Made by a program: the position numbers and the translations under genes
The notes under the pieces: generated by a model
Database searches by the model: none
What the model was told of the DNA's origin: nothing
What the model saw: only the letters and a program-made list of their open reading frames with translations
DNA from: Psammoneis japonica
Taxonomy: Eukaryota
Direction: 5' to 3'
DNA length: 20,000 nt
Assembly: GCA_008632985.1 (NCBI GenBank)
Contig: QPGO01000277.1
Span: 50,471 to 70,470, forward strand
Shown here: positions 1 to 11,005 of the stretch, piece after piece
How the letters are laid out: every line of letters starts with the position of its first letter
Position numbering within the stretch: position 1 is the first letter of the stretch

Positions 1-47
1 AGCCGGACCGCATCTGAGGATCGCAGATACCCCACGTTTTTGACACC

Positions 48-1196
48 ATGGCCGCCCGCCCGCTTGTTAGCGTGTTCTCCCTCTCGGGAGACAAGTCGGG
101 AGAGACGACTCTCCCCGCCGTCATGACGGCTCCCCTTCGTTCTGACATTGTTCAGTTTGTGCACACCAACATGAACAAGAACAAGCGTCAGGCATACGCT
201 GTTTCCATCTACGCCGGTAAGACGCCTTCTGCCTCTTCCTGGGGTACTGGACGTGCTGTCGCCCGTATCCCTCGTGTTGGTGGTGGAGGTACCTCCCGTT
301 CTGGACAGGGTGCTTTCGGTAACATGTGCCGTGGAGGTCGCATGTTTGCTCCCACCAAGACCTGGCGCAAGTGGCACCGCAAGATTAACACTACCCAGAA
401 GCGTTATGCGGTTGCTTCTGCTCTTGCCGCCACCGCTGTCCCTGCTCTTGTCATGGCTCGTGGACACGTTATCGACAATGTTCCTGAAATTCCTCTTGTC
501 GTTGACAACGGCGTCGAATCCACCAAGAAGACTTCCCAGGCCAAGGACATTCTTGCCGCTGTGGGTGCCCTCGATGATGTCGAAAAAGCTGCCAGCTCCA
601 AGCAGGTTCGTGCTGGTAAGGGTAAGATGCGTAACCGTCGTTACACGCTCCGTCGCGGACCGCTTGTTATCTACGCCAAGAATGATGGCGTCGAACAGGC
701 CTTCCGTAACTTGCCTGGTGTGGAACTATGCTGCGTGGAACGCTTGAACCTTTTGCAGCTTGCCCCCGGTGGACACATGGGACGCTTCTGCGTTTGGTCC
801 CAGGCTGCCCTCGACGCACTTGACACCATTTACGGAGAAGGCGGAAAGCGTATTCCTACGGCTGCCATGACAAACGCCGACCTTGCCCGTATCATCAATT
901 CGGACGAAATCCAGAGCGTGCTCAACCCTGCCAAACCTGGCCAGACCGTCTACGCTCCCAAGGCCAACCCTCTCCGCAACACGGAAGCTCTCGAGAAGCT
1001 TGATGCGTACGCCGCTGCGGCCCGTCGCACAGAGACTCTTGCCATGAAAGCCCGCTCCGAGAAGAAAGCAGAGATTCTTGCCAAGAAGCGTGGCATTCGC
1101 AAGGAGAGGAAGCAATACAAGGCTCAGGGTAAGGCTTTCTACGAACAGGCTTCCAAGCAAGGAAGTGTTTGTGAGGATGGTTTCGATATGGCGTAG
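48..1196 (+). CDS. RPL4: 60S ribosomal protein L4 (uL4), intronless
   Basis: Intact 382-aa ORF with uL4 signature motifs [40 protein letters not shown] and [13 protein letters not shown]. Confidence 0.98.
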   Translation: MAARPLVSVFSLSGDKSGETTLPAVMTAPLRSDIVQFVHTNMNKNKRQAYAVSIYAGKTPSASSWGTGRAVARIPRVGGGGTSRSGQGAFGNMCRGGRMFAPTKTWRKWHRKINTTQKRYAVASALAATAVPALVMARGHVIDNVPEIPLVVDNGVESTKKTSQAKDILAAVGALDDVEKAASSKQVRAGKGKMRNRRYTLRRGPLVIYAKNDGVEQAFRNLPGVELCCVERLNLLQLAPGGHMGRFCVWSQAALDALDTIYGEGGKRIPTAAMTNADLARIINSDEIQSVLNPAKPGQTVYAPKANPLRNTEALEKLDAYAAAARRTETLAMKARSEKKAEILAKKRGIRKERKQYKAQGKAFYEQASKQGSVCEDGFDMA

Positions 1197-1311
1197 GCTT
1201 TTTTCTCAAGTGTAATAAAAGCAGTTATCTTCCTACAAAACGTTTCCTCTAGAGTGTAGCTTAGGGCCCTGTGTGTTTCTCTAGGGTTAGGTGGCGGCTT
1301 CCATGTCTGAA

Positions 1312-2904
1312 TCAAGAGAATTGCATTCTGAAAGAGTTTCTAAAGTCGCGCTGGTGGAGGAAGAGGTTGGCTGTGAATTTTGTGCCTCTCGTTACAGGAA
1401 GAACCTCGTGATGCAACTTATTCTCTGCTTCATTGGGATCATTGTCCAAAACGTTTGCCCAAAGCACCGCCTTTCCTTTCTTTGGAGTAATTTTCTTTTT
1501 GTGGAGTACCCCAAAATGAGTTTCCCCGCCTTGAAAATCATCGTTGAGAAAGAACGTGAACGTCAAAATACGAACTCCACAGGGTCGCACCTTGTGAATC
1601 ACGTTGTAGTCGTGGTGAACACCATGTCGCTGACCCCTTTGATATCGGGATAGCTGAAGCGGCTCTGCGTGTTCTTTCGGCACACCCGTCAAATTCGCAA
1701 CACGATCAAGTAACCGTTGAATCACGGGGTCTTCTTCACAAGTATAGTCACACCAGCTACGGAATGGGGTGTTGTAGGAAGAAGCCCTGAACGAATAGGT
1801 TCCACCCACTTTGACTTCAATCGTCACTTCTTCAGATCGTCCATAGACGCGTCGCTCACCATGATACAGCATTCGTTCAATTTCGTCGTCGGAAAGAAAG
1901 TTGTCAAACGTAAGAAACCACGGTCCAGGATTCGATGTTGTTCCCTCTTTGTAGGGACGATAAAGAATTGATGGAGAGTACCCAGCGAAATCATCTCTCT
2001 CGATCATTGTCTCAAACAAATCAGTCAAGTCTCCCTTCTTCTTGAGAACATCAATTGCATTATTCGAATCCATTTCACATTGTTTTGCTACATCAACCAC
2101 ATTGCAACTGTGGCAGGCAGGGGCGCACAAAGGATTGTATTGCCGGGTTTCTGCAGTGACCTTGTGCCGCCCATATTGAACACATTTCATTTCCATTACG
2201 ACAAAGTTCTCGTGCCGCGGCGCTTCTTGGATCAGCCATTACCTGGCGCATATAATGTATGCTTTGATGAATTACAGCGGCCACCAACGTGTTGTTCTCG
2301 TCTTGTTTCTGTCGAACGCCAAAGTCGACCCTATTGTTTGAAGCAGAAAAGGAGTGAGCGCAGCCCAGAAACCCAATAAGCAATTCAGAAGATATTCATT
2401 AAGCTCACGTTTGACTAGTGCTGGACTTGCAGGCTTTACATGCTTTGGGACAGTTCGACAGCATGAAATAGGGGTTCCTTGCGCATTGATTCTGTCTTTC
2501 CCATGTTGCGCACTGAGCATGATTGTCAACGCAAGGCTCGGTAGAAACTGGTTCATTCCTACTCATTAACGAACGAAACAGTACCTTAGATGGAATATTG
2601 ATCGGTGACTCCAACATGAGACACGTATTACTTACGTTCTACATACAAAACAGCTTCTTGGGCATTTCTTGCTCATGAAATCAATGTTTACAACGCATTC
2701 TCCCTGATGCTCCCAAGCCGTACAACGGTCGTCCAAGTCTTTACACTCATCGGTGGTTCTCGAGGCGTCGGTAGAACTTGTGGAGCTCGACGGTTCATGC
2801 TCATCATGATGCAAGCATTTTCCGTCAATCGACACGCAATCGCCGAGAACTTGTGACGACAATGACGAAAAAACCAAAGGCACAAGAATCTGTTGGACCT
2901 TCAT
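1312..2904 (-). CDS. Secretory-pathway prolyl 4-hydroxylase (2OG-Fe(II) oxygenase) with three N-terminal ShKT domains; 3 exons, one apparent frameshift
   Basis: Signal peptide MKVQQILVPLVFSSLSSQVLG. Exons 2904-2636, 2558-2409 and 2330-1312, with phase-2 GT-AG introns 2635-2559 and 2408-2331. ShKT Cys patterns (CKDLDDRCTAW..GEC..CPRSCFVC; CVDNHAQCATW..CPKACKAC; CRNGNEMCSIW..CAPACHSC). Catalytic HHDY...GGETHF...HEVLPV..GTK motifs. One extra base near 2129-2131 shifts the frame inside the third ShKT. Confidence 0.88.
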
Positions 2905-3137
2905 CGCTGCTTCCAGTTTCGTCGCCCTTTAATATCTGCTGCACTTTACTCTGCAGTGCGTGAAGGACAGAAATTCTGCTCGACTACAGCATCAACCGTC
3001 ATTGCGTGTGTTGCTGAAGGAAGGCAGAAATCGGAAATCTTTCGGCGGATTTGACGTTACACAAATATTCAGAACTGAGGTTTTTGATACGATTTTAAAA
3101 AAATTCAATGATGGACTTGTTCGACTCGCTGGGACAA

Positions 3138-3149
3138 ACTGACGTCAGT
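3138..3149. promoter_or_regulatory. Palindromic CRE-type bZIP site ACTGACGTCAGT (TGACGT core) in the divergent P4H/NEET promoter
   Basis: Perfect 12-bp palindrome, with a second TGACGT at 3052-3057. TGACGT is the known aureochrome bZIP core. Function is inferred. Confidence 0.4.
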
Positions 3150-3315
3150 GATGGCAAAAAAATCCATCGAAACAAATCCGACATCGACGACCCATCGCAT
3201 CGATCAAATCCATCATCGCCATCTATCTTCCACCAACCAACTCCATAATTCTACGTTGCTGACTTGTCGCAGGTTGCAGAATACATCATAGTTTTAAGCC
3301 ACCATCAGACCAACC

Positions 3316-3612
3316 ATGAAGTCCTTTATCATTTCCGCTTTTCTTTTGTCGCAGGCAGCCGCCTTTACCTTTGTTTCTAGTCCCAGGGTTATTGAAACGA
3401 GGCTATTCGAGAAGGGAAAGATCAACGACAAGATTGACCTCGACAGCCCAAAGGTTGCTACCATGGAAACCCTTACTGGCAAGACCAAGAAGGTGTACTG
3501 CCGCTGCTGGGAGTCTGGAACCTTTCCGCTGTGTGATGGCTCGCACATGAAGCACAATGAAGCCACTGGTGATAACGTTGGGCCTCTTATCGTCACCGTC
3601 AAGGAGGAGTAG
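3316..3612 (+). CDS. CDGSH iron-sulfur (NEET-type) protein, plastid-targeted
   Basis: YCRCWESGTFPLCDGSHMKHN is the CDGSH 3Cys-1His [2Fe-2S] motif, followed by GDNVGPL. The N-terminal signal peptide ends AAA|FTF (ASAFAP-like) and is followed by a short transit peptide. Confidence 0.93.
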   Translation: MKSFIISAFLLSQAAAFTFVSSPRVIETRLFEKGKINDKIDLDSPKVATMETLTGKTKKVYCRCWESGTFPLCDGSHMKHNEATGDNVGPLIVTVKEE

Positions 3613-4251
3613 ATCTTCAAAGCTACGAAGATATTGTCGCTGAATGAGTCATTACTCAAGAATCAAAGACATGTTTTGCTTTTTATCTGAAGGAATTTCG
3701 ACGAACTAGAGAGCACTACCTAAATGCATACCCATTGAATCTTAAAGTTGTGTCTACAATGGATTCTATCAATGAAATCTAGAATGTTTCGTGAAAGAGT
3801 CACCCACGCTCCTTCCATACCGTTGACTCGTTCACAGCTGATCGTACATTGCATGGCATGATAGAGGAATGAGACCCTCAGAGTAGATTTGTGCGGATCT
3901 ATTGCTTTTCAGTTTTTTGAATTGATTTCGTTTTGGCTCGACCGAGAACTTTTTATATCGTCAAACGAACGATCTTCGATCACACAATCACGACTGATTT
4001 AGTGTTTGTCTGACTGAGAACTCCCAAGCAAGCAATGCATTATCCTGTTTTAAACAAGCAGCGTGAATGAACGCTCTCATTAAGTTTCGGCCTCGTTTGC
4101 AGATGTCGCAGGAACCCCTACTGTATCTCCAGTAGTAGTGAAACGGCAAGGAAATATTGGCTGGCAATGTTGTTGAGCTCCATCTTTATGCACGCCGCGA
4201 CACACCATAGACTACGAAACGAGCAAACTTAAACAAGATTGGAACGAAGAA

Positions 4252-4485
4252 CTAGTAGAACACATCTAGCTAGGACAAACACCAACTAGTAGTACCGGTA
4301 GTTGCTGGATACCATTTTACCTCACATTAGAAGCCCTACAAGAGAGTAGAAAAACTATATGAAACAAAGTACAGTGGGCTAGCTAGAATACAAGGATCAC
4401 TAGAGACAATGTAGGGCCTACAAGTGAATTGCGCATGATTCTACTAGAGCTACTAGTCTAGAGGTAGCCTCTCATCTCTAGCTAG
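4252..4485. repeat. CTAG/TAG-rich low-complexity intergenic tract
   Basis: 12 CTAG tetramers in 234 bp (4252, 4266, 4270, 4286, 4379, 4383, 4400, 4444, 4453, 4458, 4478, 4482), and only about 2 CpG. Confidence 0.75.
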
Positions 4486-4547
4486 AGTAGAGACCATCCT
4501 GAATCCGTGACTCCCATTCATGATGTGCTTCTTTTTGCCAAAACTGA

Positions 4548-4673
4548 GTCGTGATTAGCCATCTTCACGACTTAAAAATCTCTCATTTCAAGCGATTCAC
4601 GACCAAAGTTTTGTTCGAAATCGTTCCAAAATCGGAAATTCGCTAAATCGTGATCGATAATTGCCACGTGGCA
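4548..4673. promoter_or_regulatory. Motif cluster: 4x TCGTGA/TCACGA plus palindromic G-box TGCCACGTGGCA
   Basis: TCGTGA/TCACGA near 4549, 4565, 4597 and 4648. Perfect 12-bp palindrome at 4662-4673, about 110 bp upstream of the ATG at 4783. Confidence 0.45.
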
Positions 4674-4782
4674 GTCCCGTTTTCCCAAGTCCCACTTCTG
4701 TCTGACACTCTCTCTTTTTGTCATTTCGTTCTGTTCTCACAATTCAAGTCACAAGACGCAAAACAGAATACAGCAGCCTATC

Positions 4783-5094
4783 ATGTCTAAGGGAATCGCA
4801 AAAGCCATCGCTGAGACCGTTTGGGGAAAACCGGCGTTCAAACCGAAGGAGTTCATCGTGGTTGGAGTGGATCAAGAAGATGATGTTAACCGCTGGAACG
4901 ACGACGAAAAGCCGACTGCAGAAGAGCAATGGTATGGAGTCTCAAGCACAACCCAGCCCGAGGCAGTAAAACATGGCGAACGGGTCAATGCGGTCAAGGA
5001 GTTTACTGTCGTCTCTTCGAATTTTCAACCAACTGAAACCTGGGAAGAAGAAGTTCGCACTCCCAGCGAGTTATGGTACGGAGACTACAATTGA
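4783..5094 (+). CDS. Small acidic hypothetical protein with two internal KEFxVV...WYG repeats
   Basis: 103-aa ATG-initiated ORF with an internal repeat conserved at protein level (KEFIVV..W..T.EEQWYG / KEFTVV..W..TPSELWYG). Confidence 0.7.
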   Translation: MSKGIAKAIAETVWGKPAFKPKEFIVVGVDQEDDVNRWNDDEKPTAEEQWYGVSSTTQPEAVKHGERVNAVKEFTVVSSNFQPTETWEEEVRTPSELWYGDYN

Positions 5095-5275
5095 TTTGTG
5101 GCTTGAACTCAAGTAGATTGCGGTGGCATGCAATAGCCACCTTACACGCTAATGGAAAAATAAATAAAAGCTTTCTCAATCTTCTTTGTTTCTCATAGTA
5201 AGTAGTCTTACAAGGCTTTGGTGGTCTCAGCGCACGGTGCTGCAAAGCGAACCGCCGCAATGACTTAGATCTGGT

Positions 5276-7892
5276 CTAAATCGATGGACCGAGCATCAAC
5301 CCCACAGCGCTCTCTTGTTCCAATCGACTGAATCTCCCAAGCTGCGTCGAACGGATAGCTCCCACCGGTGTTTGAACCTCAGTAGGGCGGTCCAATTTCT
5401 TCCGCTCTGAATTTTCCCTGACAAATGCCCTTGTCAACCCTTTGCACAAGGCTTCTCTGTCGGGATCTTGTTCAGCCTCTTCCGTAATTCCCCATTCTCA
5501 TCGAATAACTTTCCAGTCATAATATCACCCTGCGTAAAACGTGACATGACAACATGGATTCCGTCCACATCAAAGGACGAATGGAACCTTTCGAACGAAT
5601 CTCCGTTTTGATGTCGGTCTTCATCTCGATGAAGAATCTGGATTGCCAGTTTCAGCAAGTCGTTGTACATGCACGGGTGTGCTAACGGAGCCACAACATC
5701 GCTGTCGTCTTCGTCGGCGGTTTCTTCCAAACACGCCACAATGTTGCGTGCCATTGCTTCATCACTTTTCTCTTCAAAAAAAGCGTGGGCCACATCAAAG
5801 ACGTGGATGAGCAACTTGACTTCTGGAATGCGCTTGGCAAACGATGAGTTGTCATCTTCACGAATGGATTCTACCATTTCTTTGGCAGCATCGTAGTCCC
5901 GGCCCATAGCCTCGGATACTTCCGTTTTCACCAAGCTCTTCAGGAGCGCTTGGGATGCCGTGACCAGGTACGTCGTCAAGAACCCCCCACAGACTCCTGA
6001 ACTTAGGACACGCTGCCAAGCACTCATGCTATCTCCCTCGTTGCTGGCGTAGACATACTTTTCAAACTCAATACCTTGCAACAGCCAATGAACTGCGCCA
6101 CCCGGTCGCTTGGCCTTGACATGATGACGGTATCGGGACAAGACCATACCAACACACCCGTCGAGTACATGAACACACTTGCGCTCCACCAGCTTTCGGC
6201 AATGATTCAACAAGCTTTTTGTTTCAACGTCCGTTTGTGGGGCGTACCGTTCCAATGTCTCTCCGAGGGTGGCCATGATTCGAACATCGCCACGGGGCGT
6301 TGCGTAGGGCAAAAGGATGCGGGTTGACAGAAGGATGGCCAAGTCAGCATAAGCAGGGTTGAGAGAGGACAAAATCGCTTCTGACGCAGACAGCAAGAGG
6401 TCCGTTTGGATGTTGGAAGAAGTATCGTCCGGAGGAGGCATGATGTTTGCTTCATTGAGCAGACTGGAGAGCAGCGCCGTCTGAAAAAGAAATGAGTAGT
6501 AGTGGCTGGGTGGTAAGCACGATGAAACTTCAATGTAGAATCAAGATAGAACAATGATGCAGAGTATCTTCTCACCAATGTTTCTGGCAAGGCGGCTCCA
6601 CTACCGCCTCCATAGGTATGAAGAGCTTGAATAACCTGACCGGCATTTCGTTGCATTACGTTCAGAACCAGGTTGTCAAAATCTTCCGCGGTATCTTCTC
6701 CGAATCCTAGGCTCCTGATGCGAGATGCCCGGACATGCATATCCTCGGGTCGGAGAGTGGGACGCAGGTACAGCAGTTCTGAACAGAGAGCTTCTCCCCA
6801 ACATGAAAAGTCAGCATTGTCAAACTCGCCACGCAAAATTTCGAGAATAGGCTGCAACTGCGGAACGCGTCTTGTCAATGCCGCAAGAGCTCTCGAACCA
6901 ATCAGGTAACGATGCCACGTACTATGAGCCTCCTTGGCAGCATGTGGATTGTAGCTGAGCGGCAAGTCGTCAACCGAACTGGAACTGTTGTTTTCCCACA
7001 GCTTGTACGCCGAAGGCGGCAATCCGTCCAGCACGGTTTCGTTTGATGATTCGTCCTCCACATCGCTGTTAAAACCTGTATCATTCTGATCACTTCGTCC
7101 TCCGGGGAGAGGGGCCGACTGCAAAATTGCTTGCAGTTCTCTGAAGCTTTCCCGGTCTTGTGCCAGTGTAGCTGCGTGATATTCATCCAAAACATCACTA
7201 CCAGCCATTGAAAAGGACCGTCGACAAAGTGAGTGGCGACTCAACAGGGACCAGGCGTCCTCGACACATCCGCGAAGAACAAGTATCTTGATCATGTCCC
7301 AGTATAAATCGAACTGTTCTGGCTGTGGCGATTGTAAGATCTCCTCCATGGCAGACTCATTGGTATTTGCCGCCTTGAACGCATCCTCCATATGATGGAG
7401 ACGCAGATAGCGTACCGTGTCGGCTGTTAGAGATCCTTGCATGGACATCATGTCTTCGAATTCTTCAGACGGCGGCGTTAGCAGATATACATCGGACACG
7501 TGCACAACAGCATAGGCGACCTTGAGGAGCTCCAAACTAGTCGGTCTGCCGTTTTCTTCGCCGTTGTTGGGTGCGTCGTCGGTAGAATCATCTTCTTCCC
7601 ATCCACTCAGACAGTCGGATATGATTTTTCGATAAGATTTACAGAGCTCTTTGATATTCTTCCATTGTCCTCGAGGCTTGGTTGCATAATAAGCTTCGTG
7701 TGCCTCCGCCAGCAGCATCAGAGCTCTCTGTTCATGCTTGTTGCATCCAGCACCATCGTCGGCGAGAAACGTGTCGAATTGTAACTCGCCACCACCCTCA
7801 GCGTTTATCACCAACAAGAGAGACGAGGGAGATTGAGGATCCCAAATCACGGGCCGCTGTGGTTGCGATCCAGATGAAGACGACGACGCCAT
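5276..7892 (-). CDS. NUP85: Nucleoporin Nup85; 2 exons, apparent frameshift near the C-terminus
   Basis: Exon 1 is 7892-6576, the GT-AG intron is 6575-6481, and exon 2 starts at 6480 in frame with ORF 5434..6441. Nup85-like segments YWDMIKILVLRGCVEDAWSLL, ILEILRG, WGEALCSELLYLRP and GGAVHWLL. A natural-looking C-terminus (REALCKGLTRAFVRENS...GPSI*, stop 5278-5276) lies in another frame, with the shift at about 5460-5520. Confidence 0.8.
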
Positions 7893-8077
7893 GGTGCACC
7901 TCTCTGTGGAAGGCGGCGGCAGAGCGCAAAAGATCTGCGTAGAAATCGTACTGAAGCTTTACGTAGGAAAGCAAAGCAATCGATCGTAGGCTCGCGCGCT
8001 CGTGAGACTCCATCGAAGGACGCAGGACGCGGCAGCACAACTAACAAAGCTCAAAGCCAAAGCGGAAAGCGGCGAGG

Positions 8078-8695
8078 ATGGCATCGATGTCGAAATGCGA
8101 AATTGAAAATGCATCCAATACGATCTCAATCGGAATGGCCACTCCCATCAACGAGTCTATGAGTTCATCGGAAATCACCTCCGTCAGCTTGGCTGTCAAA
8201 GCCACCAGCAGTCGTGCTGGAGACTTGACAATGCACCCGGAGGCGTTGGATTCCACTTCGCGATGCTCTTTTTTGCAGCCGCAGTCGCCGCTAACTTCGG
8301 AGCAGGAGCATTCCGTCACCTCCACTACGAGCAACGATTTAACTTCGTTGTTATCCGGTGAGGATTACTTCAAAGTCTCTCCTGCTTTTGTCGCGACGGA
8401 AACCCACAAAATGCTTTTGGACTGTGTTCGAAAGGGTAACAAGTGGCAGGAGGATTTGGAAATTGTTCAGGGTCTTACCGAGGCTGAATCCTGCGAGTGC
8501 TTCAGTGTTGCCGGAAAATATTTGCATTCCAATGTCTTTCCCGAGGGTGCTACGATCACAAAGCTCTTTCGTCACGCCAAAGCAGGGTGGGAACACCTTA
8601 GAAAGGTGGATGAACTCGCAAAGAAGTATCCGCAGGCGTTTGTCGACATAAATCGCCAAGCACTTGCGGAGGGAAAGCGAATGGGGGACTTTTAG
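8078..8695 (+). CDS. Hypothetical protein (Ser/Thr-rich N-half, globular-looking C-half)
   Basis: 205-aa ATG ORF, divergent from NUP85 and convergent with the next gene. No family recognised. Confidence 0.65.
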   Translation: MASMSKCEIENASNTISIGMATPINESMSSSEITSVSLAVKATSSRAGDLTMHPEALDSTSRCSFLQPQSPLTSEQEHSVTSTTSNDLTSLLSGEDYFKVSPAFVATETHKMLLDCVRKGNKWQEDLEIVQGLTEAESCECFSVAGKYLHSNVFPEGATITKLFRHAKAGWEHLRKVDELAKKYPQAFVDINRQALAEGKRMGDF

Positions 8696-8811
8696 TACGT
8701 GTACCAGGTATAAATTCGTGCTCTCACCGAGAAAACTGAGCGCACGGAAAAATAGGGGAGAATATTATCGAGTCTGTTGACAAATTGTAAACGTTCAAAG
8801 GATTATGCTGT

Positions 8812-10617
8812 CTATTTTGACGCGGTTTCCGAAATGGCAAACTTTAGCTCCGCAAGAAGCGCGCCAGATGCACCTAAAAACACACCAGAGAATGATTCGA
8901 CGTTTGTCGCGTTACCTGCCGGTGTTGCAGCATCTTGAATATCATCTTCAATCGACATTTCCACTTCTTCTGCAAGGTCCATGACTCCTAACCGGTTGCT
9001 CAGCTCTTGCAACAGATTTGCTTGGTCCCGCTCGTTGGCAGCTGATGACTCTGCAAAGCTGTAGTCAATCTCTGCCGCTCTGGCCGGCGCCTGCGACTTG
9101 GAACCTTTACCCGAAAACACAGCAGTTTTGTTTTTCAGAGTGTCAGAAGGCTGGAGTGGAATCGGTACATTCGATACTTGGTCATGACCCAAGTCTTCAT
9201 ACTGCGTCGGACAAACTTCCTTAGATACGTTGACCTCAGCCCTTGATTCTCTCTTGTTGCCTTTCCGCTTTTCGGTATCGATGCCGTCACTGTTAAACTT
9301 GGCAAGAACATCATCTCTTGCCAGCTGATGGATATCCATTGCATTTCCAACATGTTGACCAACTCGGCCGAACCACTCATGCATGTCGCCGGATTCTTCG
9401 TTTTTATCAGTATTACAAGCATCCTGAAATGCCCACAATGCAACGCGAGCTGCTTCTAGCTCCAAATGCATATTCTCCAAGTACTTGAAAACAATTCTAG
9501 ATTCCAATGTTTGCGGTTTCTTGGGTGCAGGTGAAAGGACGCTTTCAACATGCAGTTTCGTCTCTGCTGCCATCCACGCGGACTCTTCAAGTGCGGCTTC
9601 CAGAGTTGACACTATAGTCAAGCCATGCAATCCGATCGGGGAACCCAATATTGAAAGAACTTTGGACAGCACATCTTGAAGCTGTTTTCGAGATGAATTC
9701 AGCATGGATAGCGTGATTGTCGTTGGCTGTTTCTCATTTGAAATCGAGTCGTCAATGCTCTCGTCCAATCGTACCAGCAGCGATTCAAGAGATGAACGTT
9801 GCTCCACCATGGCGCGCCAAATCAAGGTTCTTGCGCGTTGAAACGTTACCGAGACCCTGACGGTAGCTTTTCCGTGGGTATCCTTGGTTCTGTGCTGGCG
9901 TCCCAGCGCTGCTCGTTCAACACGAGCAACGCAACGAGACGATGGTCCTAAACCAAGCTGTATTCCCGTTCCGACTCGAACAGTTTCCGCGGCGCGATCA
10001 AATGCGAGCAAGAGTTTTACGTGCGCCTGGGTGAACCCTATCACCCTCTCAGATTGTTCTTTTAAAGTGTTTTCATTGCATTGTTGCGACGTGAACGAGC
10101 TTCCGATATAATTTGAAGTAGTTTCGAGCAGAGTGGCTGACAGGGGAGGAGCTCCGACAGATCCCAATAAAGCAGACATTTGCGTCCGACATTGATGACT
10201 TTGCTTGCACAACATGTTTCGATAATCCGAAGAAATAGCAGCGTCCTTGCGTTTCGTTTTCGAATCGAAATACTTCCATACAAATAGTACAGCCAGACAC
10301 ACGGCCGCATATCGGATCCATCCATGCGGTTGGTAGCAAGAGGCATTTTCCAGTCTCTCGTAGTTTGAACAAAACCTTCCAATGATAAAACCTATCAAAC
10401 ATCCTGAAATCACAAGCACGTACATATTCAAAGTCGGCCGATTCCCAAACAACGCGTCCGTCGAGACAAGCGCTTTTTTGTCCTTCGGTTCTTTTTTTTG
10501 TGTGGTGGTACTAGCCACATGATGTTGTGTCTGGACACTAGTTTTGTGCAAAAAATCATGTCGTTCGTCACCATGATCGTAAAGGTGTTGCTCCAACTGA
10601 GGATTCAAACCTAACAT
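8812..10617 (-). CDS. Two-TM membrane protein, vezatin-like
   Basis: About 600-aa uninterrupted ORF. Two hydrophobic helices (YVLVISGCLIGFIIG; YAAVCLAVLFVW), an N-terminal NPQLEQHLYDHG segment, a helical middle, and C-terminal LLQEL/LLAELK. The vezatin call is from remembered architecture only. First ATG is at 10617. Confidence 0.6.
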   Translation of the reverse strand: MLGLNPQLEQHLYDHGDERHDFLHKTSVQTQHHVASTTTQKKEPKDKKALVSTDALFGNRPTLNMYVLVISGCLIGFIIGRFCSNYERLENASCYQPHGWIRYAAVCLAVLFVWKYFDSKTKRKDAAISSDYRNMLCKQSHQCRTQMSALLGSVGAPPLSATLLETTSNYIGSSFTSQQCNENTLKEQSERVIGFTQAHVKLLLAFDRAAETVRVGTGIQLGLGPSSRCVARVERAALGRQHRTKDTHGKATVRVSVTFQRARTLIWRAMVEQRSSLESLLVRLDESIDDSISNEKQPTTITLSMLNSSRKQLQDVLSKVLSILGSPIGLHGLTIVSTLEAALEESAWMAAETKLHVESVLSPAPKKPQTLESRIVFKYLENMHLELEAARVALWAFQDACNTDKNEESGDMHEWFGRVGQHVGNAMDIHQLARDDVLAKFNSDGIDTEKRKGNKRESRAEVNVSKEVCPTQYEDLGHDQVSNVPIPLQPSDTLKNKTAVFSGKGSKSQAPARAAEIDYSFAESSAANERDQANLLQELSNRLGVMDLAEEVEMSIEDDIQDAATPAGNATNVESFSGVFLGASGALLAELKFAISETASK

Positions 10618-10857
10618 CACCCGAAGCTCAATAACACGGCCTCTGTTACCTCATGGTGATCATACCATAGAGGCAAACTGAGCGATGAGCGATGAAAGCA
10701 AAACGGAATAAAAAATGGAAAACGGCATCATTTTCGCGATTTCCCGGTCGACACACGGTCGGCGGGATTATGCGCGCGCGCGCGAGATTGACGACTCACT
10801 CGAGCTGGACAGAGCAGTCGAAGAAGTCGTCATGAAGATCTGACGAAAAAATCTTGG

Positions 10858-11005
10858 CAGCGTCCTCATTTTCAATTTGCCTTTCCACCATGGGCAATCC
10901 GCTCCGCGGCCTGCGAGTGTTGGATCTTTCCCAGCGTCCTCATTTTCAATTTGCCTTTCCACCATGGGCACTCCGCTCCGCGGCCTGCGAGTGTTGGATC
11001 TCTCC
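10858..11005 (+). repeat. 74-bp direct tandem duplication spanning the CoA-transferase start codon
   Basis: Copy 1 is 10858-10931 and copy 2 is 10932-11005, with 2 mismatches (gggcAatcc vs gggcActcc region; gatctTtcc vs gatctCtcc). Confidence 0.95.

Noticed and set aside
209..1209. Alternative-frame and antisense ORFs over RPL4 (and similar ones over other genes)
   Set aside because: They are shadow ORFs from codon bias with no recognisable motifs.
4252..4485. CRISPR-like or tandem satellite array
   Set aside because: There is no constant repeat unit or spacer periodicity, and the context is eukaryotic.
10877..10963. N-terminal extension of the 422-aa ORF (MPFHHGQSAPR...)
   Set aside because: It begins at a TTG and is an off-frame reading of the duplicated copy 1.
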